Origin: Treponemataceae bacterium | Lineage (GTDB): Bacteria; Spirochaetota; Spirochaetia; Treponematales; Rectinemataceae | Direction: 5' to 3' | DNA: 64,000 nucleotides | NCBI GenBank assembly: GCA_963667725.2 | Contig: CAXXHO010000001.1 | Span: 1-64,000, forward strand | Shown here: piece by piece, positions 39,192 to 50,093 of the stretch | Numbering within the stretch: position 1 is the first letter of the stretch | Layout: each line of letters begins with the position of its first letter | Made by a program: the position numbers and the translations under genes | Notes under the pieces: generated by a model | What the model saw: the letters and a program-made list of their open reading frames with translations, nothing else | Databases searched by the model: none | Told to the model about the DNA's origin: nothing

Positions 39192-41393
39192 CTACAGGTG
39201 CTTGCGGACCACTTCGAGGACCTCGGGTAGGTCGATGCCGATAGCCGCGAGGTGTTCGGGTGTCGGCACGCCCTCGTCCGTCCATCCGCGGCGCTTGAAG
39301 ACGGCATCCACGAGGCTTTCGTACTGCGCCTCGCGGTATTTGCGCGTGGCCGCCACCTTGGCCTCCAGCGTCATCGAGGCGGGATCGAGCCCTACCTTCT
39401 CGCGAAGCTGCTTGTCGTAGCGCTCCTGGCGGGAAAGGTATTCCTTTTCGGTGACGGGACCCATGGCGCGGTAGGGCGGATAGTCGTCGGCGCGCTTGCC
39501 GTGGCCGCAGCGCAGGTTGAAGACCCGTTGGAAGTTGTAGACCCTTTCCGACTGGACGATGAGCTCGGGCCAGGACAGGGTTTCGCCGGTGATGGCCGTG
39601 TAGAGCAGCCGATAGTTGTCGACATGCTCCGGCACCTTGTTGGGCTCGGACCAGCGGGCGTTGTCCGCCGGCTCGATGTCGTTCCAGGGCAGCTTGCAGA
39701 TTCCCTGCAGCCCGAACCAGGTGCGGAACATCGGGAAGTAGTGCAGCGCCTCGGCCTTGTCTTCAAAAGAGGGAATTCGGTTGTTCACCATATCCATGAA
39801 GATGAGCCAGGCTTCGTCGTGCTGGGGGCCTTTGTTGGTGAGATAGTAGCCGCCCTGCTGAGCCAGCGACTCCTTGGAGATGTACTGGCTCTGCTCGAGG
39901 CCCTTGCCCTGGAGGGCGATGTCCTTCATCAGCCGCGGGTCGGCGCCGTACTGCTCGACGAAGTAGTCGGCGAGGAACCGCACGCCGCGCCCGACGAGCA
40001 TGCCGAAGCCGCGGCCTTCCGCCATCTGGTGCATGAGCTCGCAGACGGACTTCCAATTGCCCCAGCTCAGGTCGACGCCGCCGGTGCGGGCTTCGTTCAG
40101 GATGCCGTACTCCCAGCATTCCATGAGGAAGCTGGAGATAGTGCCGACGCTGATCGTATCGATGCCGTAGGTGTCGCAGTAGAAATTGATTTCGAGGACG
40201 CCCTCGGGATCCCAGACGGCGATGTTGGAGCCGCAGCCGGCGGCGGTCTCGTATTCGGGGCCGTCCACGCAGACTTTCTGGCCGGCATAGGGACCGGTCT
40301 TGAGCTCGAACTGATCCACGGCGTGGGCGCAGGCGAGGGTGCAGCCGTACCAGCAACCGTCGGGGAGGCCCTGGGAGAAGAGCTTCTCCCAGACCCAGGA
40401 TGCCAGCTCGGGGCCGCGCGGATCCTGGCCGTAACGGTGGTTCTGCACGGGCAGGAGGTCGTAGTCGTTCATGACTTCCATGAGGTGGGCGGTGCCGATG
40501 CGGCGCATCTTGCACTGCTTGTCGTCTTCCTTGACGATTTCGCGATGGAGCTTGAGGCCGAGGCGCTGGACGGCGGCCGGGTCGGCGGCGCCGTTGGAGT
40601 CTTGCGCGAGTGTGGAGAAGCGGCAGACGAGGGCTTTAATCTTCTTGTCGCGGAAAACGGTGCCTATGCCGCCGCGGCCGGCCTGCTTGACGCGGCAGCC
40701 TTTGCGCCTGCGGTCGTAGAGGCTGAAGTTGAGGAGGCCGAGGACGGTGTGCTCGGCGCCCCGCCCCGCCGACACGATCGAGACGGCGGCCAGATCGGCC
40801 TCGTCCTGGGATGCCGCGAAAGCGTGGGTGAGCTTTTCGGCGAGGATGTGCGTATCCGACTCGAGGCCTTCAGGCGATTCGTAGAGTTCGATAGTGCCGG
40901 CGTCGCCGTTGATGAAGACGATGACGTCGCGGTCGGCCTTGCCGGTCAACTCGAGAGCGTCGAAGCCGGAGAACTTGAGGAAAGGACCGAAGTATCCGCC
41001 GACGTTCGAGTCGATGGGGATGCCGGTCATGGGCGAGAGGCTGACGACGAGGCTCTTGCCGGAGCCGGGGTAGTTGGTGTTGCCGCAAACAGGACCCATG
41101 GCGATGACGATCTCGTTTTCGGGGTCGTCCCATTTTGTGGAAGGTTTCGTGCCGTCCCAGAGGAGCCTGAGGCCGAAACCCTTGCCGCCGACGAAGCGCT
41201 TCTTCATTTCGGCGCTGACGGGCTTTTCGAGGAAGCCGGGAGTCGCGGAACCAGCGGCCGATGCGCCCGGATGGCCGCCCGAGGCGGCGCCGACGTCCAG
41301 GGCGAGAGTGCGGTTGTTGTAGCCGCGTTTGAGCGGGCGCTTTTCATACTCCCATCGGGCGATCCGCTTGAGTTCGTTCATGTTCAGGGTCAT
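39192..41393 (-). CDS. aor: Aldehyde:ferredoxin oxidoreductase (W/Mo-pterin AOR family)
   Basis: GGKGFG, AGRGGIG, GPEYET, CDTYGIDTIS. Confidence 0.92.
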   Translation of the reverse strand: MTLNMNELKRIARWEYEKRPLKRGYNNRTLALDVGAASGGHPGASAAGSATPGFLEKPVSAEMKKRFVGGKGFGLRLLWDGTKPSTKWDDPENEIVIAMGPVCGNTNYPGSGKSLVVSLSPMTGIPIDSNVGGYFGPFLKFSGFDALELTGKADRDVIVFINGDAGTIELYESPEGLESDTHILAEKLTHAFAASQDEADLAAVSIVSAGRGAEHTVLGLLNFSLYDRRRKGCRVKQAGRGGIGTVFRDKKIKALVCRFSTLAQDSNGAADPAAVQRLGLKLHREIVKEDDKQCKMRRIGTAHLMEVMNDYDLLPVQNHRYGQDPRGPELASWVWEKLFSQGLPDGCWYGCTLACAHAVDQFELKTGPYAGQKVCVDGPEYETAAGCGSNIAVWDPEGVLEINFYCDTYGIDTISVGTISSFLMECWEYGILNEARTGGVDLSWGNWKSVCELMHQMAEGRGFGMLVGRGVRFLADYFVEQYGADPRLMKDIALQGKGLEQSQYISKESLAQQGGYYLTNKGPQHDEAWLIFMDMVNNRIPSFEDKAEALHYFPMFRTWFGLQGICKLPWNDIEPADNARWSEPNKVPEHVDNYRLLYTAITGETLSWPELIVQSERVYNFQRVFNLRCGHGKRADDYPPYRAMGPVTEKEYLSRQERYDKQLREKVGLDPASMTLEAKVAATRKYREAQYESLVDAVFKRRGWTDEGVPTPEHLAAIGIDLPEVLEVVRKHL

Positions 41394-41794
41394 TCGGCCG
41401 CCTCCTTGGTGAGGATTTCAAGGGCTCCCTTGGGGCAGGCTCGGGCGCAGGCTCCGCAGGCGACGCATTTGAAGGTCGTCGGATAGCCGGGAAACCAGCG
41501 CATGGCGCCGATGGGGCAGACGGCGACGCAGGCGAGGCAGCCCACGCAGCGTTTTTTGTCGATGACGATGGCGCCCGCCTTGTTGCGGGAAATCGCCCGT
41601 GTCGGACATTCACGGACGCAGGCCATGCATTCCTGGTCGCAGGCGACGAGATGGAAAGCGTTGGCCGCCGCTTCGTTCACCTGGATGCAGGATTTCGCGG
41701 GGTTGTCTTCCTTAAAATAGAGCTTTGAGCAGACCGAGGCGCAGGTCATGCAGCCGACGCATTTGGCGTCGTTCATCGCAAGGTATTTGATCAC
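41390..41794 (-). CDS. 4Fe-4S dicluster protein
   Basis: GTG start after AGGAGG; several CxxCxxCxxxC motifs. Confidence 0.9.
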   Translation of the reverse strand: MIKYLAMNDAKCVGCMTCASVCSKLYFKEDNPAKSCIQVNEAAANAFHLVACDQECMACVRECPTRAISRNKAGAIVIDKKRCVGCLACVAVCPIGAMRWFPGYPTTFKCVACGACARACPKGALEILTKEAAE

Positions 41795-41945
41795 GGGGGA
41801 GGCTCCTCCTTGTACCGCCAGGGCTTGGGGGCAGTCGAGCGTCATTATAGTACGAATCCGGGCGGGGAGCAACGAAAGACGGAGAGGAATGGAAGCCCGG
41901 GGCGCCGGCTTCGCTGCCAAACGCCCCGGAATTGTTCAGTATCGT

Positions 41946-43679
41946 TTATTTTTTAAGGGAAGCGGCGGCGTTCGTGCCCGCGATGCGTCCAAAGACGGTG
42001 ATGTCGGCGACGGCATTGCCGCCCAGGCGGTTGCCGCCATGGACGCCGCCGGTGACTTCGCCCGCGGCCCAGAGGCCGGCGATGGGCTTGCCCGCTGCGG
42101 AGATGACGCGCGCCGAAGTGTCGATCTTGACGCCGCCCATGGTGTGGTGGACGGCGGGCGTGATCTCGATGCTGTAGAAGGGGCCGGCCGCCAGCGCGCG
42201 CGGCATGTCGGCGCGCTTGAAGTCGGGGTCGGCCTTGGCGGCGACGGCCGCGTTATAGCGGTCGAGGGTCGCCGCGAGCGCGTCGGCGGGAACGCCGATC
42301 TTGGCGGCGAGTTCGGCGGGCGTGGCGCCTTCGGCGACGATGCCCATCCTCACGTAATCCTCGATGGCCTTGAGGCTCTTACGGACGGACTGGTCGAAGA
42401 CGATATAGGCTGTCTTGCCTTTCTGGGCGAGGACGGCGGCGGAGACGACGTCGCGGGTCTCGAGTTCGTTGATGAAGCGTTTGCCTTCGTGGCCCACCAG
42501 AATGGCGCCGTTGCCGCGGACGGCTTCGGTGATCATTTCCTTTCCGGGGGCGTAGGTCGGGTGGGTCTGTATTTCCTTCATGTCGACGAGGGCGGCGCCG
42601 ATCTTCTCAGCCATGGCGATGCCGTCGCCCATGGCGCCCGAATGGTTGGTCGTGGCGAAACCGCGGAGCGAGGGTTGGTAGGAGGCGACCATCTCATTGT
42701 TGGCCGCGAAGCCTCCGGCCGCCAGGATGACCGCCTTGGCGGCGACTTTGTAGTCCTTGCCACCGATGGTCACGCGGATGCCGGATGCCGCGCCGGCTTT
42801 GTCGAGGAGGATCTCCTGGACCTTGGCGCTTGTGAAGATGGCGATGCCGGTCTGTTTGTCGGCGGCGCCTTTCAGGGTTTTGACCACCTCGGGGCCGACG
42901 GGGGCGCCGCCGACCGGCCGATGGGCGCGGTTGACCGAGGCGCCGGCAAGCCTGCCCACGTCGGAAAGGTTGGCGCCGAGGGACTCAAGCCAGGCGACCG
43001 TCGCCGCGCCCTGCTCCGCGAGGGTGCGCACGAGTGCGGGGTCGTTCTTGTTGTAGCCGCCCTTCATGGTGTCCTGGAAGAAGAGCTCGGCGCTGTCCTT
43101 GATGCCCGCGGCGGCCTGTTCCTTCGTGCCCGCGGCGTTGAGGCCGCCCGTGGCGCGGAGGGTGTTGCCGCCGACGAGGCCCATCTTCTCGAAGACCGCG
43201 ACGGAAACGCCCGCTTCGGCGGCCGCGTTGGCCGCGGAGAGGCCGGCGCCGCCCGCCCCGATGATCACGATATCATAGGACTTCGCCGGCGCCTTGGCCG
43301 AGGCGGAAGCCGCGGCCGCCACGGGCGCGCCCTTGAAGCCGGCCTGGTTCAAGGCGTCCTTGATGGCCTCGAGAATGCCGCCCGAGGATTCGGACGCGCC
43401 GGCCACGACGTCGACGTTGGCGCTGTTCGCCTTCATGACGCGGTCCGAAAGTTCCTTGAATGCGGCGTCGCCGATGCCGGCGGTCTCGCCGCTCTGCAGC
43501 AGCTCGATTTTCAGCACTTTGGCCGCGCTCACCGTAACCGCGACCTTGATGTCGCCGCCGTGGCCCTTGCCGGTGCCGATGTAGGTGCCGGCGGTGAATA
43601 CCGGCGTCGTGGCGCAGGCTACAAGCGACAGCGCCGCCACTATGCCCAGAAGGGCGGACCATAGAGTTCGTTTCTTCAT
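41946..43679 (-). CDS. Flavocytochrome c-type FAD oxidoreductase lipoprotein with an FMN-binding domain (fumarate/urocanate reductase family)
   Basis: LVAC lipobox, VDVVAGAS, GAGGAG, HHTMGG, HGGNRLGGNA. Confidence 0.9.
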   Translation of the reverse strand: MKKRTLWSALLGIVAALSLVACATTPVFTAGTYIGTGKGHGGDIKVAVTVSAAKVLKIELLQSGETAGIGDAAFKELSDRVMKANSANVDVVAGASESSGGILEAIKDALNQAGFKGAPVAAAASASAKAPAKSYDIVIIGAGGAGLSAANAAAEAGVSVAVFEKMGLVGGNTLRATGGLNAAGTKEQAAAGIKDSAELFFQDTMKGGYNKNDPALVRTLAEQGAATVAWLESLGANLSDVGRLAGASVNRAHRPVGGAPVGPEVVKTLKGAADKQTGIAIFTSAKVQEILLDKAGAASGIRVTIGGKDYKVAAKAVILAAGGFAANNEMVASYQPSLRGFATTNHSGAMGDGIAMAEKIGAALVDMKEIQTHPTYAPGKEMITEAVRGNGAILVGHEGKRFINELETRDVVSAAVLAQKGKTAYIVFDQSVRKSLKAIEDYVRMGIVAEGATPAELAAKIGVPADALAATLDRYNAAVAAKADPDFKRADMPRALAAGPFYSIEITPAVHHTMGGVKIDTSARVISAAGKPIAGLWAAGEVTGGVHGGNRLGGNAVADITVFGRIAGTNAAASLKK

Positions 43680-43706
43680 TTCATGCTCCTGAAATTGGGG
43701 TTGAAT

Positions 43707-43730
43707 ATATAGATAACAAATTATCTATAT
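43707..43730. promoter_or_regulatory. Palindromic operator upstream of the flavocytochrome gene
   Basis: ATATAGATAA-CAAA-TTATCTATAT. Confidence 0.55.
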
Positions 43731-43765
43731 TATGTCTAGCCCCGCGCGGCATGGGGCGAGAGTAG

Positions 43766-43855
43766 ACTGGATACGACAGGATACAACAGGATCACTGGAT
43801 ACAACAGGATCACAGGACCTTGCAGGATTTACAGGATTTACAGGATTTACAGGAT
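43766..43855. repeat. Degenerate 8-10 bp tandem repeat (ACAGGAT core)
   Basis: About 10 units of CAGGAT/CTGGAT overlapping the ABC ATPase stop codon. Confidence 0.85.
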
Positions 43856-44581
43856 GTGCTCCAGGAAGCGGCGCGTGCGGTCCTCGCGGGGCGAGGTGAA
43901 GAAGGTCTCGGGCGGCGCTTCCTCGACGATCTGGCCGGCGTCCATGAAGATGATCCGGTGCGCGGCCGCCCTCGCGAAGCCCATCTCGTGGGAGACGACC
44001 AGCATGGTCATGCCTTCCTTGGCCAGGTCGGTCATGACGTCGAGGACTTCCTTGATCATTTCAGGATCGAGGGCGCTTGTCGGCTCGTCGAAGAGCATCA
44101 CCTTGGGGTTCATGGCGAGGGCGCGGGCGATGGCGACGCGCTGCTGCTGGCCGCCGGAGAGCTGCTCGGGCCAGGCGCCCTCCTTTTCGGAGAGGCCGAC
44201 CTTGGCCAGGAGCCTGCGCGCCGTGGCCGCAGCCTCTTCCTTGCCCTGCTTGAGCACGAGGGTCGGGGAGAGCGTTATGTTGTCCAGCACGCTCAAGTGG
44301 GGAAAGAGGTTGAAGCTCTGGAAAACCATGCCCACTTCCTCGCGGATGTGGCGGATATCGGACTTCTCGTCGGTGACGCACTCGCCGTCGATGAAGATGC
44401 TGCCTGAATCGAGGGCCTCGAGCCGGTTGACCGAGCGGAGGAGGGTGCTCTTGCCCGAGCCCGAGGGCCCGATGATGAGGACGACCTCGCCCTTCCTGAC
44501 GCTCAGGTCCACCCCGCGAAGGGCCTGGACGGTGCCGCCAAAGGTTTTGACGGCGTTCTTTATCTCAATGTACGTTTCCAC
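43847..44581 (-). CDS. Polar amino-acid ABC transporter ATPase (GlnQ-like)
   Basis: [26 protein letters not shown]. Confidence 0.95.
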   Translation of the reverse strand: METYIEIKNAVKTFGGTVQALRGVDLSVRKGEVVLIIGPSGSGKSTLLRSVNRLEALDSGSIFIDGECVTDEKSDIRHIREEVGMVFQSFNLFPHLSVLDNITLSPTLVLKQGKEEAAATARRLLAKVGLSEKEGAWPEQLSGGQQQRVAIARALAMNPKVMLFDEPTSALDPEMIKEVLDVMTDLAKEGMTMLVVSHEMGFARAAAHRIIFMDAGQIVEEAPPETFFTSPREDRTRRFLEHIL

Positions 44582-45389
44582 GGTGCCTCAGCTTTTCTTC
44601 CATAAATGCGACGACGCGCGAGAAGAAGAGGGTCATCACGAGGTAGATCAGCGCGATGATCGTGTAGCTTTCAAAATAGCGGAAGGAGGTCGACGCGTAC
44701 TCGCGCCCGCGCCGGAGAAGGTCCGAGACCGCGAGTATGGAGACGAGCGACGAGTCCTTGAGCAGGGCGATGAATTCGTTCCCGATCGGGGGCAGGATAA
44801 CCTTGACCGTCTGGGGAATGATGATCTTGCGCAGGGCCTGGCCCCGCGACATGCCGAGGGCGAGCGCGGCTTCCATCTGCCCCTTGGGGATGGACTGGAT
44901 GCCGGCGCGGAAAATCTCCGCCATGTAGGCGCCGTAGCAGATCGACATGGCGAGGATGGCCGCGGGCGGTCCCTGCAGCTTCAGGAGCGGGCCCAGCGCG
45001 TAGTAGATGTAGAAAAGCTGGACCAGGAGGGGTATGCCGCGGATCACCTCGACATAGATCGTCGCGATGCGGTTGATGGTCTTGTTCTGCGAGATGCGCC
45101 CGAGCCCCGCGAAGAGGCCGATCATGAGCGCGAAGGCGATCGAAATGAGCGTGACGGCGAAGGTCGCCACGAGGCCGTCGGGGACGAAGGAAAGTATTCG
45201 CAGGTAGGGATCGGGACTCACCAGGGGCAGCACGACCAGGAGGCCGATCGCCCCGAAGAATGCGATGTTCCAGGCGGAAAGCAAGCCGCCCTCATCCTTT
45301 GAGGGGATGAGGGTGCCGTCGGTGACATTAATCGTCGTCCGGCCGGTAGTGTGATCCTCCCGGCCGCGACTCTGAGAGCCTTTGTTCAT
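44565..45389 (-). CDS. Amino-acid ABC transporter permease
   Basis: [24 protein letters not shown]. Start codon uncertain. Confidence 0.93.
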   Translation of the reverse strand: MNKGSQSRGREDHTTGRTTINVTDGTLIPSKDEGGLLSAWNIAFFGAIGLLVVLPLVSPDPYLRILSFVPDGLVATFAVTLISIAFALMIGLFAGLGRISQNKTINRIATIYVEVIRGIPLLVQLFYIYYALGPLLKLQGPPAAILAMSICYGAYMAEIFRAGIQSIPKGQMEAALALGMSRGQALRKIIIPQTVKVILPPIGNEFIALLKDSSLVSILAVSDLLRRGREYASTSFRYFESYTIIALIYLVMTLFFSRVVAFMEEKLRHRGNVH

Positions 45390-45393
45390 GGTG

Positions 45394-46158
45394 CTATTTG
45401 AGCCATTTCGCAATGAGTTCGTCAAGCTTGCCGGAGGCCTTTACCTTGGCGAGGCCGTCGGCGAAGAGCTTGGCGGTCTTGGCGTCGCCCTTCTTGAAGG
45501 CGAAGCCGAGCCACTCGTCGGTGAAGGGCTGGCCGACGATCATGAGCTTGTCCTTGTAGGCGGGGTTCTGGAGGGCGAAGTTGGCGGCGATGGGGGAGTC
45601 GGCGACGACGCCGTCGATATTGCCGTTCGCGAGATCCTGATAGGCGAGCCCCACTTCGTCGTAGGTCTTGAGCTCGACGCCGGCGACTTTGCCGATTTCC
45701 ATCACGCCGGTGGTGCCGATCTGTCCGCCCACCTTCTTGCCAACGAGGTCGGCGAGCGTGGTTACTCCAGCGGTTTCCTTGCGCACGACGAGGACCTGGC
45801 CGGCGTTGACGTAGCCTTCCGAGAAGTCCATGGTGGCCTTGCGCTCGTCGGTGATGGTGACAGAGGAGGCGACTGCCTGATAGTTGCCCGCGGCGAGGCC
45901 GGCGAAGATGCCGTCCCAGGCGGTGTTCTTGATTTCGACTTCGAAGCCGGCGGCCTTGGCGATCTCGTTGACGAGGTCGACGTCGAAGCCGACGACGTTC
46001 TTGTTCTCGTCGACGAACTCCATGGGAGGCCAGGTGGCGTCCGAGGCGACGACGATCTTGGAGGGTTTCTTGGCGCAGGAAGAGAGGCTCGCCGAGCCGA
46101 TGACGACGAGGGCTGCGAGCAGCACGAAGGCGACGGGAGCGGACCAGGATTTCTTCAT
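45394..46158 (-). CDS. Basic amino-acid ABC substrate-binding lipoprotein
   Basis: DATWPPMEF, GFDVDL; AAGGAG RBS. Confidence 0.92.
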   Translation of the reverse strand: MKKSWSAPVAFVLLAALVVIGSASLSSCAKKPSKIVVASDATWPPMEFVDENKNVVGFDVDLVNEIAKAAGFEVEIKNTAWDGIFAGLAAGNYQAVASSVTITDERKATMDFSEGYVNAGQVLVVRKETAGVTTLADLVGKKVGGQIGTTGVMEIGKVAGVELKTYDEVGLAYQDLANGNIDGVVADSPIAANFALQNPAYKDKLMIVGQPFTDEWLGFAFKKGDAKTAKLFADGLAKVKASGKLDELIAKWLK

Positions 46159-46301
46159 TGCGTTACTCCTTGGGTTCCGGCGGGCTGGCGCCATTCTGGT
46201 GCATGCCGCCGCGGCTGGGACGCCTCGCTGGCGTCGGCGCCGTTATTTCTTTGCGAAGATACGATATTTAGCATACAGTGTCAATGACGGCATTCGATCA
46301 T

Positions 46302-46340
46302 CTGCAATAGTTATGCACTATTTATGCATAATAATGCAGA
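46302..46340. promoter_or_regulatory. Tandem ARG-box-like operator
   Basis: Two 18-mers (CTGCAATAGTTATGCACT, TATGCATAATAATGCAGA) 3 bp apart. Confidence 0.6.
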
Positions 46341-46442
46341 ATATGCCCTGCTTTGAGCCCCTGCAGCGCATATTTGCAGCGCGGGCGGCCGAGGCGCCCC
46401 TCCACGCTTGCGTCTGGAGGGGCGCCGGGAGTAGGATCGGCC

Positions 46443-46646
46443 ATGGTCGTTACGGTCAATTTCGAGAAGGAAGAATATCCGGAAGCTGAACTCAGCGTAG
46501 CCGAGATCATCAAGCGCCGCCGATACTCCTTTCCCCATATCATCACCACGCTGAACGGCAAGCTGGTCGAGCGCGACCATCGCGAGACCACGCTGGTTTC
46601 GCACGGCGACGATCTCGAAATCTTCCATTTGATAAGCGGGGGCTGA
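46443..46646 (+). CDS. ThiS/MoaD family sulfur carrier protein
   Basis: 67 aa ending ISGG. Confidence 0.85.
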   Translation: MVVTVNFEKEEYPEAELSVAEIIKRRRYSFPHIITTLNGKLVERDHRETTLVSHGDDLEIFHLISGG

Positions 46647-46760
46647 ACCCTGGCGACGGCCGAGAAGCCAACATCCGGCTGCCTCGCGGTGCGTGTAGCC
46701 AAATCCTCAAGCCGTGATATACTTCACCCAGAATTCTAAAAGCGAAAGGGAGTTCCAAAC

Positions 46761-48527
46761 ATGAAGAAAATTGCGCTGCTTGCCCTCGCGCTCTGCCTGC
46801 TGGCCTCTGTGGTGCCGGCCGCCGAGAACGCGAACAACCTGCAGAAGATCTATCCGGTGAATTCCGACGTCTACAAGGCGATCACCTATCTCTTCATCGA
46901 CCAGGGACTGGCGCTGCCCTCCACGTCCGGTCCATGGAGCGGCGACGAGCTCTTGGGCATGCTGGACAAGGTGAGTCCCGACAAGCTCGCTTCGGGCGCG
47001 CGAGCCACTTACGACTACGCGCTGGCCGAGCTCGCCCAGCACCGCAAGGCGGTGAAGTTCACGCTGGCCACCTCGCTCGAGGGGTACTACCACACCAACA
47101 CGACCGACTTCACCAAGGACAGCCAGTGGATCCGCGGCTTCGACGAGCGTAATCCCGTCCTCGACATCATCCTCGAGACCTGGCCCTCGGAGCATTTCTA
47201 CGGCTACAGCTCGCTGCCCGTGCAGAACAACCGCTACAACGGCGAGAGCGCGGCCGATGGCTACACGTCGACCCTCTGGGGATCGAGCGCTCTGACGACG
47301 AACATCCCGATGGTGGCCCCCGCCGTGATCGGCGACCTCAACATGAACGTGCCGTACCGGGCTTTCGGCGCCATCGGCGGCACGGGCTGGAGCGCCCAGA
47401 TCGGCCGTGACAAGCTCTCCTGGGGTCCCGGCGAGTCGGGCAACTTCGTGCTCGGCGACCACCTGCTTTACCACAACGTGGGCAGGCTGGCGACTTACGG
47501 TAAAAACTTCAAGTACACCTTCCTGACTTCGTTCTTTCCCTACCCGACCGACTACTACCCGATCATCGATGGTTCGGGCAATTTCATCAACGAGGGCAGC
47601 CAGGATACCATCCAGAGCGGCATCAACATGTTCATCGGCCACAGGGTCGAGGGACGGCTCTTCAACAACAAGGTCGGCATCGCGCTCAACGAGGCGATCA
47701 TGTACCAGTCGGCGGACAACGCCATCGACCTCCAGGTTCTGAGCCCCACGGCTATCTTCCACGACTATTACATCAGGGGCAACGCCAACTCCATCATATC
47801 CCTTGAAGTGGACTATAACCCGATCAGGTATGTCGATCTTTACGGCCAGGTGGTGGTGGACGAGTTCTACCTGCCCGGCGAGCCGGTTCCCGGCGTCGAC
47901 GCTGACGCCCTGCCGAATGCTTTCGGATATATGGCCGGCGCCAAGGCGTCCTATCCGCTGGGAAAGGGAATGCTTTTCGGCTCGGCCGAGTGGGCCAAGA
48001 CCGATCCCTACCTCTACTTGAGGGACGGCGGCGACCGCGACCAGGATCAGGGCGAGTACGGCATCAATTGGGTGGTGGCGCTCCGCGAATTCAACTCCAG
48101 TTCGGGCATCACCTACACTGAGGACTTTATCGGCTACCAGTACGGCTGCGACGCCATCGTCTACAACGCCAACCTTGGCTACAAGGTCTTTGGCAAGTGG
48201 TCCCTGGAAGGCAATATCTTCTATATGATACACGGCACGCATGACAAGTGGACGACCTGGGGCGGCCAAGGCGACGCTGCCCAGGACACCGAAACCACGC
48301 CAACCACGACCCATGTGACGGATAACAACGGCGACCTCAACGCCGACGAGCGCAACGCGGCGAGCTACACCTTCGTGGTGGGCGCCCATGGCGGCTACAC
48401 GATCCTGAAGGGGCTCGAGGTTTACGGCCAGGTGGACTACATCCACATCACGAACCCGGGCAACATCAGCACGAACGCGCCGATCAGCGACGTGCAGATC
48501 ACGGCGGGAGTCAAGTACTCGCTGTAG
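46761..48527 (+). CDS. Exported Wzi-like outer-membrane protein (1)
   Basis: Signal peptide; GRDKLSWG, HRVE, DPYLY, IGYQYG; terminal VKYSL. Confidence 0.7.
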   Translation: MKKIALLALALCLLASVVPAAENANNLQKIYPVNSDVYKAITYLFIDQGLALPSTSGPWSGDELLGMLDKVSPDKLASGARATYDYALAELAQHRKAVKFTLATSLEGYYHTNTTDFTKDSQWIRGFDERNPVLDIILETWPSEHFYGYSSLPVQNNRYNGESAADGYTSTLWGSSALTTNIPMVAPAVIGDLNMNVPYRAFGAIGGTGWSAQIGRDKLSWGPGESGNFVLGDHLLYHNVGRLATYGKNFKYTFLTSFFPYPTDYYPIIDGSGNFINEGSQDTIQSGINMFIGHRVEGRLFNNKVGIALNEAIMYQSADNAIDLQVLSPTAIFHDYYIRGNANSIISLEVDYNPIRYVDLYGQVVVDEFYLPGEPVPGVDADALPNAFGYMAGAKASYPLGKGMLFGSAEWAKTDPYLYLRDGGDRDQDQGEYGINWVVALREFNSSSGITYTEDFIGYQYGCDAIVYNANLGYKVFGKWSLEGNIFYMIHGTHDKWTTWGGQGDAAQDTETTPTTTHVTDNNGDLNADERNAASYTFVVGAHGGYTILKGLEVYGQVDYIHITNPGNISTNAPISDVQITAGVKYSL

Positions 48528-48556
48528 GCGGAAGGCCGCTGCGAAAAAAATAAAGC

Positions 48557-48598
48557 GGGGCCGCCCGCGCTCCCCGGCCGGGGAGCGCGGGCGGCCCC
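48557..48598. terminator. Bidirectional terminator-like 42-bp palindrome
   Basis: GGGGCCGCCCGCGCTCCCCGG/CCGGGGAGCGCGGGCGGCCCC between convergent genes. Confidence 0.75.
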
Positions 48599-48647
48599 TT
48601 CTTATGCGCAGCCTGCCAAAATGCCTAAACGACCTTTCCGGACAGCC

Positions 48648-50081
48648 TTAAGGCGTCGCGCCCACGCCGAAGCGCCTGACGAAGCCAAACGAGAGAGAGA
48701 TTGCCGGATCCTCGCCCTCGGCCTTTTCAAGGCCGGCGCTCACCGTAGCCAGGGACCTGCGTCCGATGAGGATCTCGGCGCGAAGGGCGGCGTCCCAACG
48801 CGTTGTAATAGGCTCCTGCGGTCCGAGCCAGTCGATTTCGTGATCGGCAGGCGTGGTGTAGGTCCATTGGCCCGACTCGTTGCCGAGAAAGGAGAGGCGC
48901 GCCTCGCCGCTCAGAGCCAAACCGGGAAAGTCGTAGCCAAGCTTAGCCCGCGCCACGATCCGGTCGGGTCCCAACGGATAGGCGAACCATGAGTCGATAG
49001 TGTGCCAGGCGCTGTCGGTCTGCATGAAATAGCGCGTGTAATAAGCCTGGCCGGAGCTGCCGGCGCTGCGCCTGTATAAGTAGGTCGAGGCCCAATAACC
49101 GTCCAGTGTCAGGACGAGGCCGCCTTCAAGGGGTTTGCCGACCATGGCGAGGCGGAAATCGTTGCGGAAATGCTTGGGCCGCTCCATCCTGCGCCCATCC
49201 AGAATCTTCCATTGCATTCCCGCCGAAAAGCCGAAGGCGCTGGGATTGGAACCTGTGCCCTCGCTGCCGAGCTGGAAGTCGTCCATCAAGGTTTCACCGT
49301 AGAGGCGGAACACGGGCGCGGGCCTCCACTCGCCGTCCACGTGGAACATGACGTTCGAACCATCGGCGAAAAGATGATGGTAGACGAGAAAGGGCGCGAA
49401 GTCCTGGAAGTCGAGGTCCACGCCCGTGGACAGGTTGTACTCGGCGAAGCCCAAGGAGAATGCCGGAAACTCGATGCCGAGGCGATGGTAGAAAAGATGT
49501 TTGCCGTCGTCCGCGGCGTCCGAGGTGCGAGGCACGCTGACGGCCAGAAAGTCGTAGTCCAGGCTGCCCTTTCCCAGGGAAGCCGAAAGGCCGGCGGTGG
49601 CGTGGTCGTAGCGGGGGTTGTCGCCGGAGAGCAGGAGTGAACCCATTCCGCGGCCCAGATTGATCGCCCGCCGCCCCAGGCTCGCGCGCCACCAGTCGCC
49701 CTTCCCTTCCAGGTACCCAGCGTTGGGGTAATTATTCGAAAAGATAATGCCGGTAAAGTCGCGGTTCACGATGAGGTTCGTGATTTCGCCGCCCTTGAGC
49801 ATTTCACCCATGTCCTGCTGCAGCTCGAGCACCATGACGGCGTTGAAGGGGCCGGCTGCGAGGGAAAAGCCGCCCGATAGTATCGCCGGCCTGGAAAAAT
49901 ACCGCACGAGCTCGTCGATGCCCACGGCATCGGAGTCGGTATACGCGATCCGGTTGGAGAGCGTCGCCAGCGGCGCGATGTCGAACCACAAGCCGGCGCC
50001 AAGACCGCTTCCCTGCGCGAAAGACGGCGCCGCGGACATGACGAAAAGCGCGGCCAGGGCCGCGAGAAATGACTTTTTCAA
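48648..50081 (-). CDS. Exported Wzi-like outer-membrane protein (2)
   Basis: Signal peptide; GRRAINLG, YHRL, YGE...DDF, YPLGPD. Confidence 0.65.
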   Translation of the reverse strand: MKKSFLAALAALFVMSAAPSFAQGSGLGAGLWFDIAPLATLSNRIAYTDSDAVGIDELVRYFSRPAILSGGFSLAAGPFNAVMVLELQQDMGEMLKGGEITNLIVNRDFTGIIFSNNYPNAGYLEGKGDWWRASLGRRAINLGRGMGSLLLSGDNPRYDHATAGLSASLGKGSLDYDFLAVSVPRTSDAADDGKHLFYHRLGIEFPAFSLGFAEYNLSTGVDLDFQDFAPFLVYHHLFADGSNVMFHVDGEWRPAPVFRLYGETLMDDFQLGSEGTGSNPSAFGFSAGMQWKILDGRRMERPKHFRNDFRLAMVGKPLEGGLVLTLDGYWASTYLYRRSAGSSGQAYYTRYFMQTDSAWHTIDSWFAYPLGPDRIVARAKLGYDFPGLALSGEARLSFLGNESGQWTYTTPADHEIDWLGPQEPITTRWDAALRAEILIGRRSLATVSAGLEKAEGEDPAISLSFGFVRRFGVGATP

Positions 50082-50093
50082 ATTCGCATTCCT

